The notes under the pieces are model-generated. The model searched no databases, was not told the origin of the DNA, and worked only from the letters and a program-made list of their open reading frames with translations. A DNA stretch of 63,891 bases, filler included, from Sandaracinaceae bacterium (GTDB lineage Bacteria > Myxococcota_A > Polyangia > Polyangiales > JADJQN01), in NCBI GenBank assembly GCA_947483975.1. It is 4 parts of 4 records of this genome, joined end to end, with 100 filler letters (N's around TTAATTAATTAA, not from the genome) between each part and the next. Parts side by side here need not be neighbours in the genome. Positions count along the whole stretch, not along the records: positions 36,128 to 53,478 come from CANKOL010000070.1; positions 53,579 to 63,891 come from CANKOL010000174.1; 2 more parts are not named here. One strand, written 5' to 3'. The stretch's first letter is position 1. Each line of letters opens with the position of its first letter. Of the stretch, positions 47,722 to 57,227 are shown piece by piece. A program made the position numbers and the translations under genes.

Positions 47722-48878
47722 CGCGCGAGCTCCAGATGCTTCTTGGCGTTGCGGTCCTTGACCTTCATCGAGCCCTCGGGCGCAGAGGCGCGCGGATACT
47801 CCTCGACGACGCCATAGAGGGAGTCGCGCTCGACTGGCACTCTCCCCGCTTCACGAATCAAGCGCAGGAGATCGTGCCGAGTCAGCCCCATCGGCACGGT
47901 GCTGCCCGCAGAGTGGTAGATGGTCTCGTGCACGATGGTCCCGTCGAGGTCGTCGGCCCCAAAACGCAGCCCGATTTGGGCGGTCTCGACGGTCATCGAC
48001 ACCCAATACGCCTTCACGTGAGGGATGTTGTCGAGCATCAGCCGAGAGACGGATATGGTGCGCAGGTCATCGACCGCGGTCGACTCGGGCAGCTGCTCCA
48101 TCGCGTTGTGCATGTTGTGGAACGCGAGCGGGATGAAGCACTGGAAGCCCTGCGTCTCGTCCTGCAGCGCGCGCAATCGCATGAGGTGATCGATGCGGTG
48201 CGCGTGCGTCTCGATGTGCCCGTAGAGCATCGTGCAATTGGTCTTCATCCCGAGCCGATGCGCGGCGCGATGCACGGCGAGGTACTCGTCGCCGTCCGCC
48301 TTGTCGCGCGAGATGCGCTCTCGCACCTCGGGGTGAAAGATCTCCGCGCCGCCGCCCGGCATGGTGTCGAGCCCCGCCGCCATCAGGCGCTGCAACACCT
48401 GCTCGTGGCTCATCGCGAACTTCTGCGCGAAGTAGTGGATCTCGACCGCGGTGAAGCACTTGAGGTGAATCGACGGGCGCAGCTTCTTCCAGCCGCGCAG
48501 GAGCTCCTCGTACCACTCGAAGGCGAGGTTCGGGTCGAGCCCGTTGACCATGTGCAGCTCGCTGAGGCGCTCGTCGGGGCACTCCGCGAGCTCCTTCCAC
48601 GCCGCCTCGTGAGTGGCAGTCTGCGCGCCGGGCTGGCCCTTCTCGAGCTTGGCGAACGCGCAGAAGCGGCACGACGCCTCGCACACGTTCGTCGCCTCGT
48701 AGCGCAGGTTCACGTTGAAGTACGTGCGGTCGCCGTGCAGGCGCTCGCGCACCTCGTTGGCGAGCTGACCGACGGCGAGGAGATCAGGCTCGAGGTAGAG
48801 CGCGATCCCATCGTCCTCACTGAGGCGCTCCCCGGCGCGGACCTTGGCGGCGATCTCTGCGAAGCGCGGCGTCGTCAT
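47718..48878 (-). CDS. mqnE: Aminofutalosine synthase MqnE (radical SAM)
   Basis: TYFNVN..TNVCEASCRFC, FTAVEI, PGGGAEIF, MLYGHIET, HVKAYW, DGTIVHETIYHSAG. Confidence 0.92.
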   Translation of the reverse strand: MTTPRFAEIAAKVRAGERLSEDDGIALYLEPDLLAVGQLANEVRERLHGDRTYFNVNLRYEATNVCEASCRFCAFAKLEKGQPGAQTATHEAAWKELAECPDERLSELHMVNGLDPNLAFEWYEELLRGWKKLRPSIHLKCFTAVEIHYFAQKFAMSHEQVLQRLMAAGLDTMPGGGAEIFHPEVRERISRDKADGDEYLAVHRAAHRLGMKTNCTMLYGHIETHAHRIDHLMRLRALQDETQGFQCFIPLAFHNMHNAMEQLPESTAVDDLRTISVSRLMLDNIPHVKAYWVSMTVETAQIGLRFGADDLDGTIVHETIYHSAGSTVPMGLTRHDLLRLIREAGRVPVERDSLYGVVEEYPRASAPEGSMKVKDRNAKKHLELAR

Positions 48879-49435
48879 GGCGTAAGTCCCCAATGCGCGC
48901 GGCGTCCTGCGCGCTCTACACGGCCGAGGAGCTCGGCCTTCTTCGTTCGGGTCGCGGTGTCGTCGAGGAGCGGCAGCGCGGGGCGGTCGTGGACCGGCAG
49001 TCCCGCGCGGCGGGTCATCGTCCCGACGAGCACGCTCGCGCCGAACGTCAGCGCCGCCTGCGCGAGGCCCTCTCCGAGCGCGTCGAAGGAGACCGCGACG
49101 GCGCGCTCGGCGGGCGTGCTGAGGCGCACGAGCGCGACCTCGCGCAGCGCCTCGAGGCCGGTCGCGCCGTCGGTCGCGCCGAGGTCGGGGCGCGCGAACG
49201 CGAGGCCCTCGAGGGCTGTGTCGGGCGCGTCGCCGAGGTCGATCAGCGTCACCGCGTCGCCCTGCCGCTGCTCGCGCACGAGGTCCGCGAGCGCCGCGAC
49301 CGCGAGCACATCCGCCGTGCGCAGGAGCGCGAGATCAGCTGCGTCGAGCGGCGCGCCCGCGAGCGCGCGACCACCGAGTTCGAGCAAGCCTGCGCGCTCG
49401 AGCGCGCGGCGTACGAGAGGTCGCATCGTGGTCAT
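48875..49435 (-). CDS. Small MqnE/CofH-like protein lacking the radical-SAM core
   Basis: 186 aa; N- and C-terminal parts align by eye to the adjacent MqnE; no Cys motif; overlaps both neighbours (TGATG and ATGA). Confidence 0.75.
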   Translation of the reverse strand: MTTMRPLVRRALERAGLLELGGRALAGAPLDAADLALLRTADVLAVAALADLVREQRQGDAVTLIDLGDAPDTALEGLAFARPDLGATDGATGLEALREVALVRLSTPAERAVAVSFDALGEGLAQAALTFGASVLVGTMTRRAGLPVHDRPALPLLDDTATRTKKAELLGRVERAGRRAHWGLTP

Positions 49436-50034
49436 CAGTCCTCCGTGGCGAGCGAGGCGTCTTTGCCCCAGCGACGCGCGATCGAGTGGTCGAGGCCGAG
49501 GTGATCGAGCACGCGGGCGAGCACCGTGTCGACGGCCTCCTCGAGCGTCGTCGGCTTGCCGTAGAAGCTCGGCGTCGCTGGGAGCACGAGCGCGCCCGCG
49601 CGCGTGACGGCGAGCATATTCTCGAGGTGAATCGAGGAGTACGGCGTCTCCCGCGCGAGCAAGATCAGCGTGCGGCGCTCCTTCAGGAGCACGTCGGCGG
49701 CGCGCGTCAGCAGGTCGTCGGAGATGCCGTGCGCGATGCGGGCGATCGACGACATGCTCGCCGGCGCGACGACCATCGCGCCCCAACCCGCCGACCCGCT
49801 CGCGAAGGGCGCGTTGTAGTCTCGGCCTTCGTAGACGGGCACGCCGAGGGCGCGCACATCGCCGCCGACCTCGTGCGCCCACACTTGCTCAGCGGTGCGC
49901 GAGAGGACGACCGCGACGTCGCTGACCAGGCCTCGCTCGCGCGCTTCGCGGAGCAGGACCAGCAAGCGCTTCGCGTAGATCGCGCCCGACGCGCCGCTGA
50001 TGCCGACGATCAGCTTGCGCGGGTCGCCCGTCAC
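49435..50034 (-). CDS. ubiX: Flavin prenyltransferase UbiX
   Basis: VGISGASGAIY, APFASGS, APASM, RAADVLLKERR, RETP, PSFY; GTG start overlapping the ubiE stop. Confidence 0.92.
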   Translation of the reverse strand: MTGDPRKLIVGISGASGAIYAKRLLVLLREARERGLVSDVAVVLSRTAEQVWAHEVGGDVRALGVPVYEGRDYNAPFASGSAGWGAMVVAPASMSSIARIAHGISDDLLTRAADVLLKERRTLILLARETPYSSIHLENMLAVTRAGALVLPATPSFYGKPTTLEEAVDTVLARVLDHLGLDHSIARRWGKDASLATED

Positions 50035-50813
50035 GTCGCGCCCCGCGCCGCCGGGGGCTTCACGCCGCGGACGAGCGAGGCGATGCCGAAGAGCAGGTCG
50101 CGGCCCTCGACCTGCGCGAAGCCCGCCTCCGCGAGCGCTGCCTCGTACTCGGCGCGCGTGAGAAAGCCCTTCATCGAGCGGGACAAGTACGCGTAGGCGG
50201 CGCGGTCGCGCGACACGAGCGAGCCGACGGTCGGCAGCACGACGTCGCCGTAGACGCCGTGGAACGCCCGCGTCACGAGGCGCACGGGCTTGAAGAACTC
50301 GAGCGTGACGAAGACGCCGCCCGGCGCGAGCGCCCGGCAGACCTCGCGCATCCCGGCGCGCGGATCCGCGAGGTTGCGCATCCCGAAGCCACACACGACC
50401 CCGGCGAGGCAGTCGTCCGCGAGCGGCAGCCGCATCGCGTCGGCGACGGCGAGCCGCGTCGTCGCCGAGCGCACCTTGCCCGCTGCGCGGCCCGCGACGA
50501 GCATGTCGCGCGCGAAGTCGAGCGCGAGCACACGGCGCCCCACAAACCGGGCCTCTACGGCCCCCGCGAGGTCGAGCGTACCCGCGCAGAGATCGAGGAG
50601 CGGCGCGTCCGCGGGCAGGTCGCGCGCGAGCAGCTCGAGCGCCTTTCGGCGCCAGGCGCGGTCGATGCCGAGCGAGAGCAGCCGGTTCAGCAGATCGTAG
50701 GTCGGCGAGATGCGGTCGAACATCGACCGCACCGCGACGGCGTGCGCTGCTTGATTGGGGGCCTTTCGCTCGGCGACTGCCGCGACGAGGGCGACGTCGT
50801 TGCTCGAAGACAT
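50031..50813 (-). CDS. ubiE: Demethylmenaquinone methyltransferase UbiE/MenG
   Basis: MFDRISPTYDLLNRLLSLGIDRAWR, LDLCAGT, GFGMRN, AYAYL. Confidence 0.9.
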   Translation of the reverse strand: MSSSNDVALVAAVAERKAPNQAAHAVAVRSMFDRISPTYDLLNRLLSLGIDRAWRRKALELLARDLPADAPLLDLCAGTLDLAGAVEARFVGRRVLALDFARDMLVAGRAAGKVRSATTRLAVADAMRLPLADDCLAGVVCGFGMRNLADPRAGMREVCRALAPGGVFVTLEFFKPVRLVTRAFHGVYGDVVLPTVGSLVSRDRAAYAYLSRSMKGFLTRAEYEAALAEAGFAQVEGRDLLFGIASLVRGVKPPAARGAT

Positions 50814-51148
50814 GGCACCGCGCTCAGGGGCTGCTTGTTGCACGCCGGGCTCCCGACCGCCGGGCGCTGGACCGGCCACCGCGAGATTTCAGAAACATTT
50901 GAAAGCTCGCACGCCGATATAGGTGGCACCCCCCGGACCGTCAAGGGGGGTGGGCCCGCGGCGGGCCTTTGCCACAGACTTTTGCTCGCGACCGACCCGT
51001 GCTACACGCGGCGTCTATGTGGTCGCACGGGGAAGGTAACCCGTGCGGCGGCGTAAGAGGCGATGTCCCCGGAGGTTCGACTCCGGTTTGGCCAAGAATG
51101 AAGGCTCGCGCAGCGCGCGTGCCCTCCGTACGAACTGGGAGGATCTCG

Positions 51149-52090
51149 ATGACGCTCCGGAACAAGATGTGGGGCCTCGCACTCGCGGGCCTCTTCGCCA
51201 TGACGTCAATCTCCACCGCCGCGGCGCAGGACCCCGAGTCCGGCGACACCGGGCAGTGGCAGCAGCCGCAGGGCGGCGGGCAGCCGGCGGGCGGCGGCTG
51301 GCAGCAGCAGCAGGGTCAGCCCCCGCAGGGCGGCTGGCAGGGTCAGCCCCCGCAGGGTGGCGCGGCTCCGGGCTGGGGCAATCAGGGCGGAGACGCCGAG
51401 GCGCCCCCTTCAGGCAGCGGCGCGGCCCCGGCGAGCAGCACGGGCGCGGGCGATCACGCGGCGGCGGTCGGTCATCTCGGCGTCGGCTGGTTCGGCGTCG
51501 GCGGCGTGGCCCTCGGCCCCGACGCGGCGAGCGGCTTCACGGTCTCGACGCCCGCGGTCGGCATCCGGTACTGGCTCTCGAACGGCATCGGCCTCGATCT
51601 CGCGCTCGGCTTTGGCTACACGAGCGTCAGCGGCACGCGTGACGCGCCGACCTCCGGCGGCGGCGTGACGGATATCCCGGGCGCGTCGGGCTTCGCGCTC
51701 GCCATCCACGGCGGCATCCCGGTCTCGCTCTACTCGGGCCAGCACTACAGCTTCCAGCTCGTCCCCGAGGTCGACCTCGGCTTCGGCTCGGGCACGATCT
51801 ACGGCGCGACCGCCAACGAGGATCAGACCCTCGGCGGCTTCCTCTTCAGCCTCGGCGCGCGCGTCGGCGCAGAGGTTCACTTCGGCTTCATCGGGATCCC
51901 GGAGCTGGCGCTCCAGGGCACCGTCGGCCTCTCGTTCGCGTTCCACTCGGGCTCGCTCGAGAACGACTTCGGCAACCCCGATGGCTCGACGATCACCTCC
52001 GTGAGCAGCATCGCGCTCGCGACGACCGTGCAGGAGGAGCCATGGGACCTCTTCACCGGCTCGATCCGCGCGATCTACTACTGGTTCTGA
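51149..52090 (+). CDS. Outer-membrane beta-barrel protein with Q/G/P-rich N-terminal linker
   Basis: GGAGG RBS, signal peptide (..STAAA-Q), GGWQ/QPPQ repeats, amphipathic strands, terminal YYWF. Confidence 0.75.
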   Translation: MTLRNKMWGLALAGLFAMTSISTAAAQDPESGDTGQWQQPQGGGQPAGGGWQQQQGQPPQGGWQGQPPQGGAAPGWGNQGGDAEAPPSGSGAAPASSTGAGDHAAAVGHLGVGWFGVGGVALGPDAASGFTVSTPAVGIRYWLSNGIGLDLALGFGYTSVSGTRDAPTSGGGVTDIPGASGFALAIHGGIPVSLYSGQHYSFQLVPEVDLGFGSGTIYGATANEDQTLGGFLFSLGARVGAEVHFGFIGIPELALQGTVGLSFAFHSGSLENDFGNPDGSTITSVSSIALATTVQEEPWDLFTGSIRAIYYWF

Positions 52091-52125
52091 GCCGCTGCCC
52101 CGTCGCCTGACGGGACCCGCTCGAC

Positions 52126-52165
52126 GAGAGGCGCTCGGCCGTGAGGCTCAGCGCCTCTCTTCTTT
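52126..52165 (+). terminator. Rho-independent terminator
   Basis: GAGAGGCGCT...AGCGCCTCTC 10-bp stem followed by TTCTTT, 35 bp after the stop. Confidence 0.7.
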
Positions 52166-52198
52166 CCGTCGGCGCGACAGGATAGTGTCGCCCCGCGG

Positions 52199-53478
52199 AT
52201 GGAGAGCCCCTCAGAAGATCGACGCGTCCTGCTCGCCGAGGACGAGGAGGCCACGGCGGCGCTGCTGCTGATGCTGCTGCGGAGCTGGGGATACGCGCCC
52301 ACCGTCGTCGACAACGGGCGCGCGGCGCTCGAGGCGCTCGAGGCGCCAGATCCGCCGCCGCTCGCGCTGCTCGACTGGATGATGCCGGGGCTCGATGGGC
52401 CGTCCGTCTGTCGCGCCGTGCGCGCGGCCAAGCCGCGTGAGGGCGGGCCGTTCCTCGTGCTCCTGACGGCCCGAACGAACAAAGAGGACATCGTCGCGGG
52501 GCTCGAGGCGGGCGCCGACGACTACGTGACGAAGCCGTTCGACTTCGGGGAGCTCAAGGCGCGGCTCGATCGCGCGCGCCGCTCGACCCCGCCGGGCTCG
52601 GAGGGCGCCGTCGGCCACGGCACGGTGCTCGACGGGCGCTGGCGCATCGACGCGCTCGTCGGCAAAGGCGGGATGGGCACCGTGTGGCGTGGCACGCACG
52701 CGTCGCTCGGCACGCCCGTCGCGATCAAGCTGATCCGCGACGACTTCATCACGCACCCCGAGACGCGGGCCCGCTTCGAGCGAGAGGCGCGCGCGGCGTC
52801 GGCGATCCGTTCGCCCTTCGTCACCGAGGTGCTCGACTACGGCCTCGCGCCGGGCGGTCGGCCATATCTCGTGATGGAGCTCCTCGAGGGGGCGCCGCTG
52901 TCGCGCGCGATCGCGGAGCGCGGCCCGCTCCCCGCGTGGGAGGTCGCGCAGCTCGTGAGGCAGCTCGCCAAGGGCCTCGAGCGCGTGCACGAGGCGGGCA
53001 TCGTCCACCGCGACCTGAAGCCGGACAACGTCTTCCTCGCGACGCCGAAGCCCGGCGCGGAGGTCGGCGCCCTGCCCTACACGCCGAAGCTCGTGGACTT
53101 CGGCGTCGCCCTCGACCTCGGGCGCGCGTCGGTGACGGAGGCGGGCGTCGCGGTAGGCACCGTCGCCTACATGAGCCCGGAGCAGATGCACGGCGGAGTC
53201 GTCGGGGCGACGAGCGACGTCTGGGCGCTCGGGGCGCTCGCCTTCGAGGCGATGACGGGCGTGTCGCCGTTCGACGGCGGGGGCATCGCCGCGACGAGCG
53301 TGCGCGTGAGCGTGGCGCCACTACCCAAGCTGACGACGCTGCGCCCGGAGCTGCCGCCGGGGGTCGACGCGTGGTTCGCGAGCGCCTGCGCGCGGGACCC
53401 CGCGCAGCGCTTTCAGAGCGCGAAGGAGCTCGGCGACGCGCTGTACGTCGCCGCCGGCGGTGGGCCCTCGCGGAGGGC
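52199..53478 (+). CDS. Receiver domain fused to Ser/Thr kinase (3' end truncated by contig end)
   Basis: VLLAEDE, LDWMMP, LTAR, KPF; then GKGGMG, AIK, HRDLKPDN, DFG, YMSPE. Confidence 0.9.
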
Positions 53479-53578
53479 NNNNNNNNNNNNNNNNNNNNNN
53501 NNNNNNNNNNNNNNNNNNNNNNTTAATTAATTAANNNNNNNNNNNNNNNNNNNNNNNNNNNNNNNNNNNNNNNNNNNN
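53479..53578. other. Artificial contig linker
   Basis: N-run + TTAATTAATTAA + N-run. Confidence 0.97.
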
Positions 53579-54920
53579 ACTCGCCGGCGGCGACGGCGAC
53601 GGAGAGCGGCGTCACGCCGAGCATCTGCCCCTCGCGCCAGACCTCGGCGCCCGCAGGCTCGCTCCGCACCTCGACGGATGCCGCCGGTGTGGGCGTCGAG
53701 CGGACATTGGGCGCGGGGCCCGGCGGCGCGGGGCCCGGCGGCGCGCCCATGGGTGGCACTGGCGCCGCGTCGACGGCGATCGCGGTCACGTCCGCGTCGT
53801 CCTGACTGCCGCTCTTCACGACCAGCGCGATGGCGATCGCGCTCGCGAGCAGCAGCCCGCCGCCTGCGCCGAAGAGCACGGCGCGCGACACCCCGCTGAG
53901 CGGGCTGCGCGAGTATCGGCCGGTGCGCGAGAGGCGCGCCGCCTCCTCGACGTCGGGCAGCGTCGCGTCGAGGCGCTTGACGAACTCGTCGGAGGTCGCG
54001 AAGCGGCCGGTCGCGTCCTTCTCGAGCGCCTTCAGCACGGCGCGCTCGAGGCTCGCCGGGATCGGGCGCGTCGGCGCCGCGGCGTGCAGCGACTGCGGCT
54101 TCTCCTTGATGTGCTTGGCCATCACGACGACGGCGTCGTCGTCGATGAAGGGCGCGTGCCCGACGAGCATCTGGTAGAGCAGCACCCCGACGGCGTAGAG
54201 ATCGCTCCGCGGGTCGAGCCGCTTCCCCTGCGCCTGCTCGGGCGACATATAGCGCGGCGTGCCGAACACCGTGCCTGCCTGGGTCTCCAGCTGATCGATC
54301 TGCCGGTCGCCCTGGATGACCTTGGCGATGCCGAAGTCGAGCACCTTCACCACGGGCGCGAGGCGCCCCTCGACGCGCGCGAGGTAGATGTTGTCGGGCT
54401 TCAGATCGCGGTGGATGATCCCCTTCTCGTGCGCCTCCGAGAGGGACGCGAGGATCTCCTTCGCGAAGCCGATCGCCGTCGCGACGTCGAGCGCGCCTTC
54501 GCGCTCGATGCGGTGCGTCAGGAGCTCACCCTCGAGCAGCTCCATCGCGAGAAAGAGGAGCCCCTCGGGCGTCTCGCCGAAGTCGAACACGCGCACGGTG
54601 TTCGGGTGCGTGAGCAGGGACATCGCCTTCGCCTCGCGGTGAAAGCGCGTGACGGTGTCGCGGTCGGGGACGAACTCCTTCTTCAGGATCTTGAGCGCGA
54701 CCGCGCGAGCGAGGCCCGACTGCTCGGCGCGGTAGACGGTGCCCATCCCGCCGATGCCGACGCGCTCGAGGATCTTGAAGCGCCCCGCGACGACGACGCC
54801 GCGCAGCGGGTCGCCCTCGGCCTCCGCGTGCTCACGCGCGTTGACGGTGCGCGTGCCGTCGCGCGGGCAGGACTTTTCGCCTCCCGTGTACACGGTCCGG
54901 CACTGCGGGCAGATGCGCAT
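53579..54920 (-). CDS. Transmembrane Ser/Thr kinase with N-terminal Cys motif and periplasmic PEGA domain (truncated)
   Basis: CPQC..CPRDG, GIGGMG, HRDLKPDN, DFGIAK, YMSPE, TM helix, VRSEPAGAEV..LGVTPL (PEGA). Confidence 0.92.
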
Positions 54921-54978
54921 CGTCGAGGCGCGATGCTAGCACGCGCGGCCTGCAGAATCGCCGCCCGCGAGGGCCGTT

Positions 54979-56301
54979 CTACGGGAGCGCGGCGCCGGTC
55001 CCCTGGCAACGCATCAGGGCGAACGTGCCGGGTGATGGGAGGCACTTGCCGACGTCGCAGTCGCTGTCCGTGCAGCACGGCTTCGCGCACACCCCGGCGA
55101 TGCACTCGCCGTCTCGGCACTCGGCGCTCGAGGTGCAGGTGTCGCCGGTGTTCAGGTAGGTCCGCGTCGTCGAGCCGTAACACACGCCGGTGACCGTGGT
55201 GCCAGCGAGCACCAGGCCACAGCGCACCATCGAGTCCGTGCCGCAGTCGTCGCCCCGCTCGCAGGGCGAGCCGCAGGTGGTGCCATCGAGCGGAAAGAGG
55301 CAGTTCAGGGCGCCGGCGAAGTAGCAGATCGTGGCGTCCGCGAATTCGCACCAGCCGGTCGGCTGATAGGAGAACGTGCACATCGAGGCGAGGGAATCGC
55401 AGCTCGCGTTGATCCGCAGCGCGAGGGCGAGGGCCGCAGGGGTGCTCGGCGGCAGGCAAGCGCGCGCGCCGCTCTGCGCCGCGAAGCAGAGGTCTGCCGC
55501 GCCGGGGCAGTCGGTCGCGTTGCAGCACGCGCGCGAGCAGACGCCGCGCGTCGCATGGGAGCTCGTCGCGCCGAGCTGCGCGAGATCGAAGCACGTGCCC
55601 GAGAGGCACTCTTCGTCGACGTTGCAGTCGCCTCCGTCACTCCGGCGGGGGACGCATGTCCCGGTGCCGACGTCGCAGCGCTCGGTGCCGCTGCACGTCG
55701 GGCAGCCTCCGACGGCGCAGCGTCGGCTGTTGAGGTCACAGACCTCCGTGCCGCTGCACGGAAACGCCAGGCAATCGAGCGGATCGACGCAGGTCTTCAT
55801 GCGTCCGCCGCAGACGAAGCCCATCGGACAGACCTCCGCGTCGACGTCGGCTGGCGTGGCGGCGGAGCAGTCGTTGTCGACGCCATCGCAGCGCTCGGGC
55901 GCGCCTGGATAGGTGTTCGGGTCGTCGTCAGCGCAATCCGCGTATTGCGGCGACAGCGCGCCCGCCACGAAGTTGCCGTCCCCGTCGCGCGGAGTCCCAC
56001 AGAACGTGTACCCGTCCCCGTCGGCATCGACCCCGTCGTCGATGACGCCGTTGCAGTTGTCGTCGAGCGCGTTGCACGTCTCTTGGGTCGCCACGCAGCC
56101 GTCGGGCGGCGGCGGCGGCGTGAGCCTCTCGACACAGACCTCGGCGAGGCACTCGAAGTTCGGGGGGCACGGGTCCGGGAACGCCGGGTCGACCGAGCAG
56201 CGCACTACTTGCGTCTCTGGGGCGACGACCAAGCTGCACGCGCCCGTCAGGGCTGCGCAGGCGAGCAAAGCCGCGGCGAGCCAGGTGCGCCGAGCGATCA
56301 C
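54979..56301 (-). CDS. Cys-rich lipoprotein with putative metal-binding repeats
   Basis: Lipobox LTGAC; ETCNALDDNCNG and PGAPERCDGVDNDC repeats; many small disulfide modules. Confidence 0.8.
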   Translation of the reverse strand: MIARRTWLAAALLACAALTGACSLVVAPETQVVRCSVDPAFPDPCPPNFECLAEVCVERLTPPPPPDGCVATQETCNALDDNCNGVIDDGVDADGDGYTFCGTPRDGDGNFVAGALSPQYADCADDDPNTYPGAPERCDGVDNDCSAATPADVDAEVCPMGFVCGGRMKTCVDPLDCLAFPCSGTEVCDLNSRRCAVGGCPTCSGTERCDVGTGTCVPRRSDGGDCNVDEECLSGTCFDLAQLGATSSHATRGVCSRACCNATDCPGAADLCFAAQSGARACLPPSTPAALALALRINASCDSLASMCTFSYQPTGWCEFADATICYFAGALNCLFPLDGTTCGSPCERGDDCGTDSMVRCGLVLAGTTVTGVCYGSTTRTYLNTGDTCTSSAECRDGECIAGVCAKPCCTDSDCDVGKCLPSPGTFALMRCQGTGAALP

Positions 56302-57146
56302 AGCGCACCTCGGAGGCTGAGGAAGGCGCCACCGGGGAGCACCGCGAGGTCCGCTTGAACGTCGCCGTCGGCCCCGGGATAGCGCTCGACGGTGTGCGAG
56401 CGGAGCGCGAAGAGGAGCACGCTCGTCAGCGCCGCGACGCCGCCCCCGATCCAGAGGATATCCGTGACGAGCGCGAGCATATCGGCGCGGTCGGCGATCG
56501 CCTGGCGGTCCTCGAAGGTGCCGTCCGAGCCGACGACGAAGTTCCCGGTGCTCTTCTCGGCGCCGAGGGCGAGGACGCCAGTCAGAGTCCCGCCGAGCAG
56601 GAGCGCAGCGCTCGTCGACGCGGTGATCCAGAAGGCAGCGTCAGCTACGCCGGGCTTCTCGCTGCGCAAGGGCTGCGGATCGCGGAGCGCGCTGGCGTCG
56701 CCCTGGGGCGGCGCAGCGACCTGCGCGCCGACCTCGCCGCGCGCGCCCTCGAGCCTGCGCACGGTGGCCTCGACCCGACCGCGCTCCTCCGCCTCGTCCG
56801 GTCCGAGCAGGCGCAGATAGCGCCCGTAGAAGTCGATCGACTTGTCGAGCTCGCCGAGCAGCTCGTACACGCGCGCCACGTTGAACATCAGGTTGGGGGA
56901 GGTCGGATCGAGCATCAGCGCGCGCTCGAGCTCGACGGCCGCCTCGCGGTAGCGCCCCTCTTGGTAGAGCTGTCGGCCGTGCGCGTAGAACTCGACGGCT
57001 TCCGGCGGAGGCTCGTGCGCGTCGGGCGCCTGGGCGTGACTCGACGCAGGCCCGGCGAGCCCGCCGGCGGGACCGGCGAGGGCGGCCAGCGCCGTGAGCG
57101 CGAGCGTGGCGGCGAAGGCCACAAAGTGCGCGGTGCTACGCGTCAT
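56298..57146 (-). CDS. Secreted TPR protein with hydrophobic C-terminal region
   Basis: Signal peptide; TPRs GRQLYQEGRYREAA..LMFNVARVYE; GTGA overlap with the downstream lipoprotein. Confidence 0.8.
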   Translation of the reverse strand: MTRSTAHFVAFAATLALTALAALAGPAGGLAGPASSHAQAPDAHEPPPEAVEFYAHGRQLYQEGRYREAAVELERALMLDPTSPNLMFNVARVYELLGELDKSIDFYGRYLRLLGPDEAEERGRVEATVRRLEGARGEVGAQVAAPPQGDASALRDPQPLRSEKPGVADAAFWITASTSAALLLGGTLTGVLALGAEKSTGNFVVGSDGTFEDRQAIADRADMLALVTDILWIGGGVAALTSVLLFALRSHTVERYPGADGDVQADLAVLPGGAFLSLRGAL

Positions 57147-57227
57147 CGAGCGCTACCGTACATGGTCGGCGGGGGCCCGCGCCAGCGCAGCGTGCGTGTC
57201 CGCGCGCCGGGCGTGGTATCTCGTCCC

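Noticed and set aside
51065..51090. GGTTCGACTCC resembling a tRNA T-arm
   Set aside because: The T-stem does not pair in tRNA register, and there is no acceptor, D or anticodon arm or CCA; kept only as a leader hairpin.
53710..53746. 15-nt tandem repeat (GGCGCGGGGCCCGGC)
   Set aside because: Encodes a Pro-rich linker (APPGP) in the kinase; not CRISPR-like and has no spacers.
56355..57227. 291-aa N-terminal extension of SppA in the ORF track
   Set aside because: Antisense to the TPR gene; a signal peptide begins at ATG 57228.
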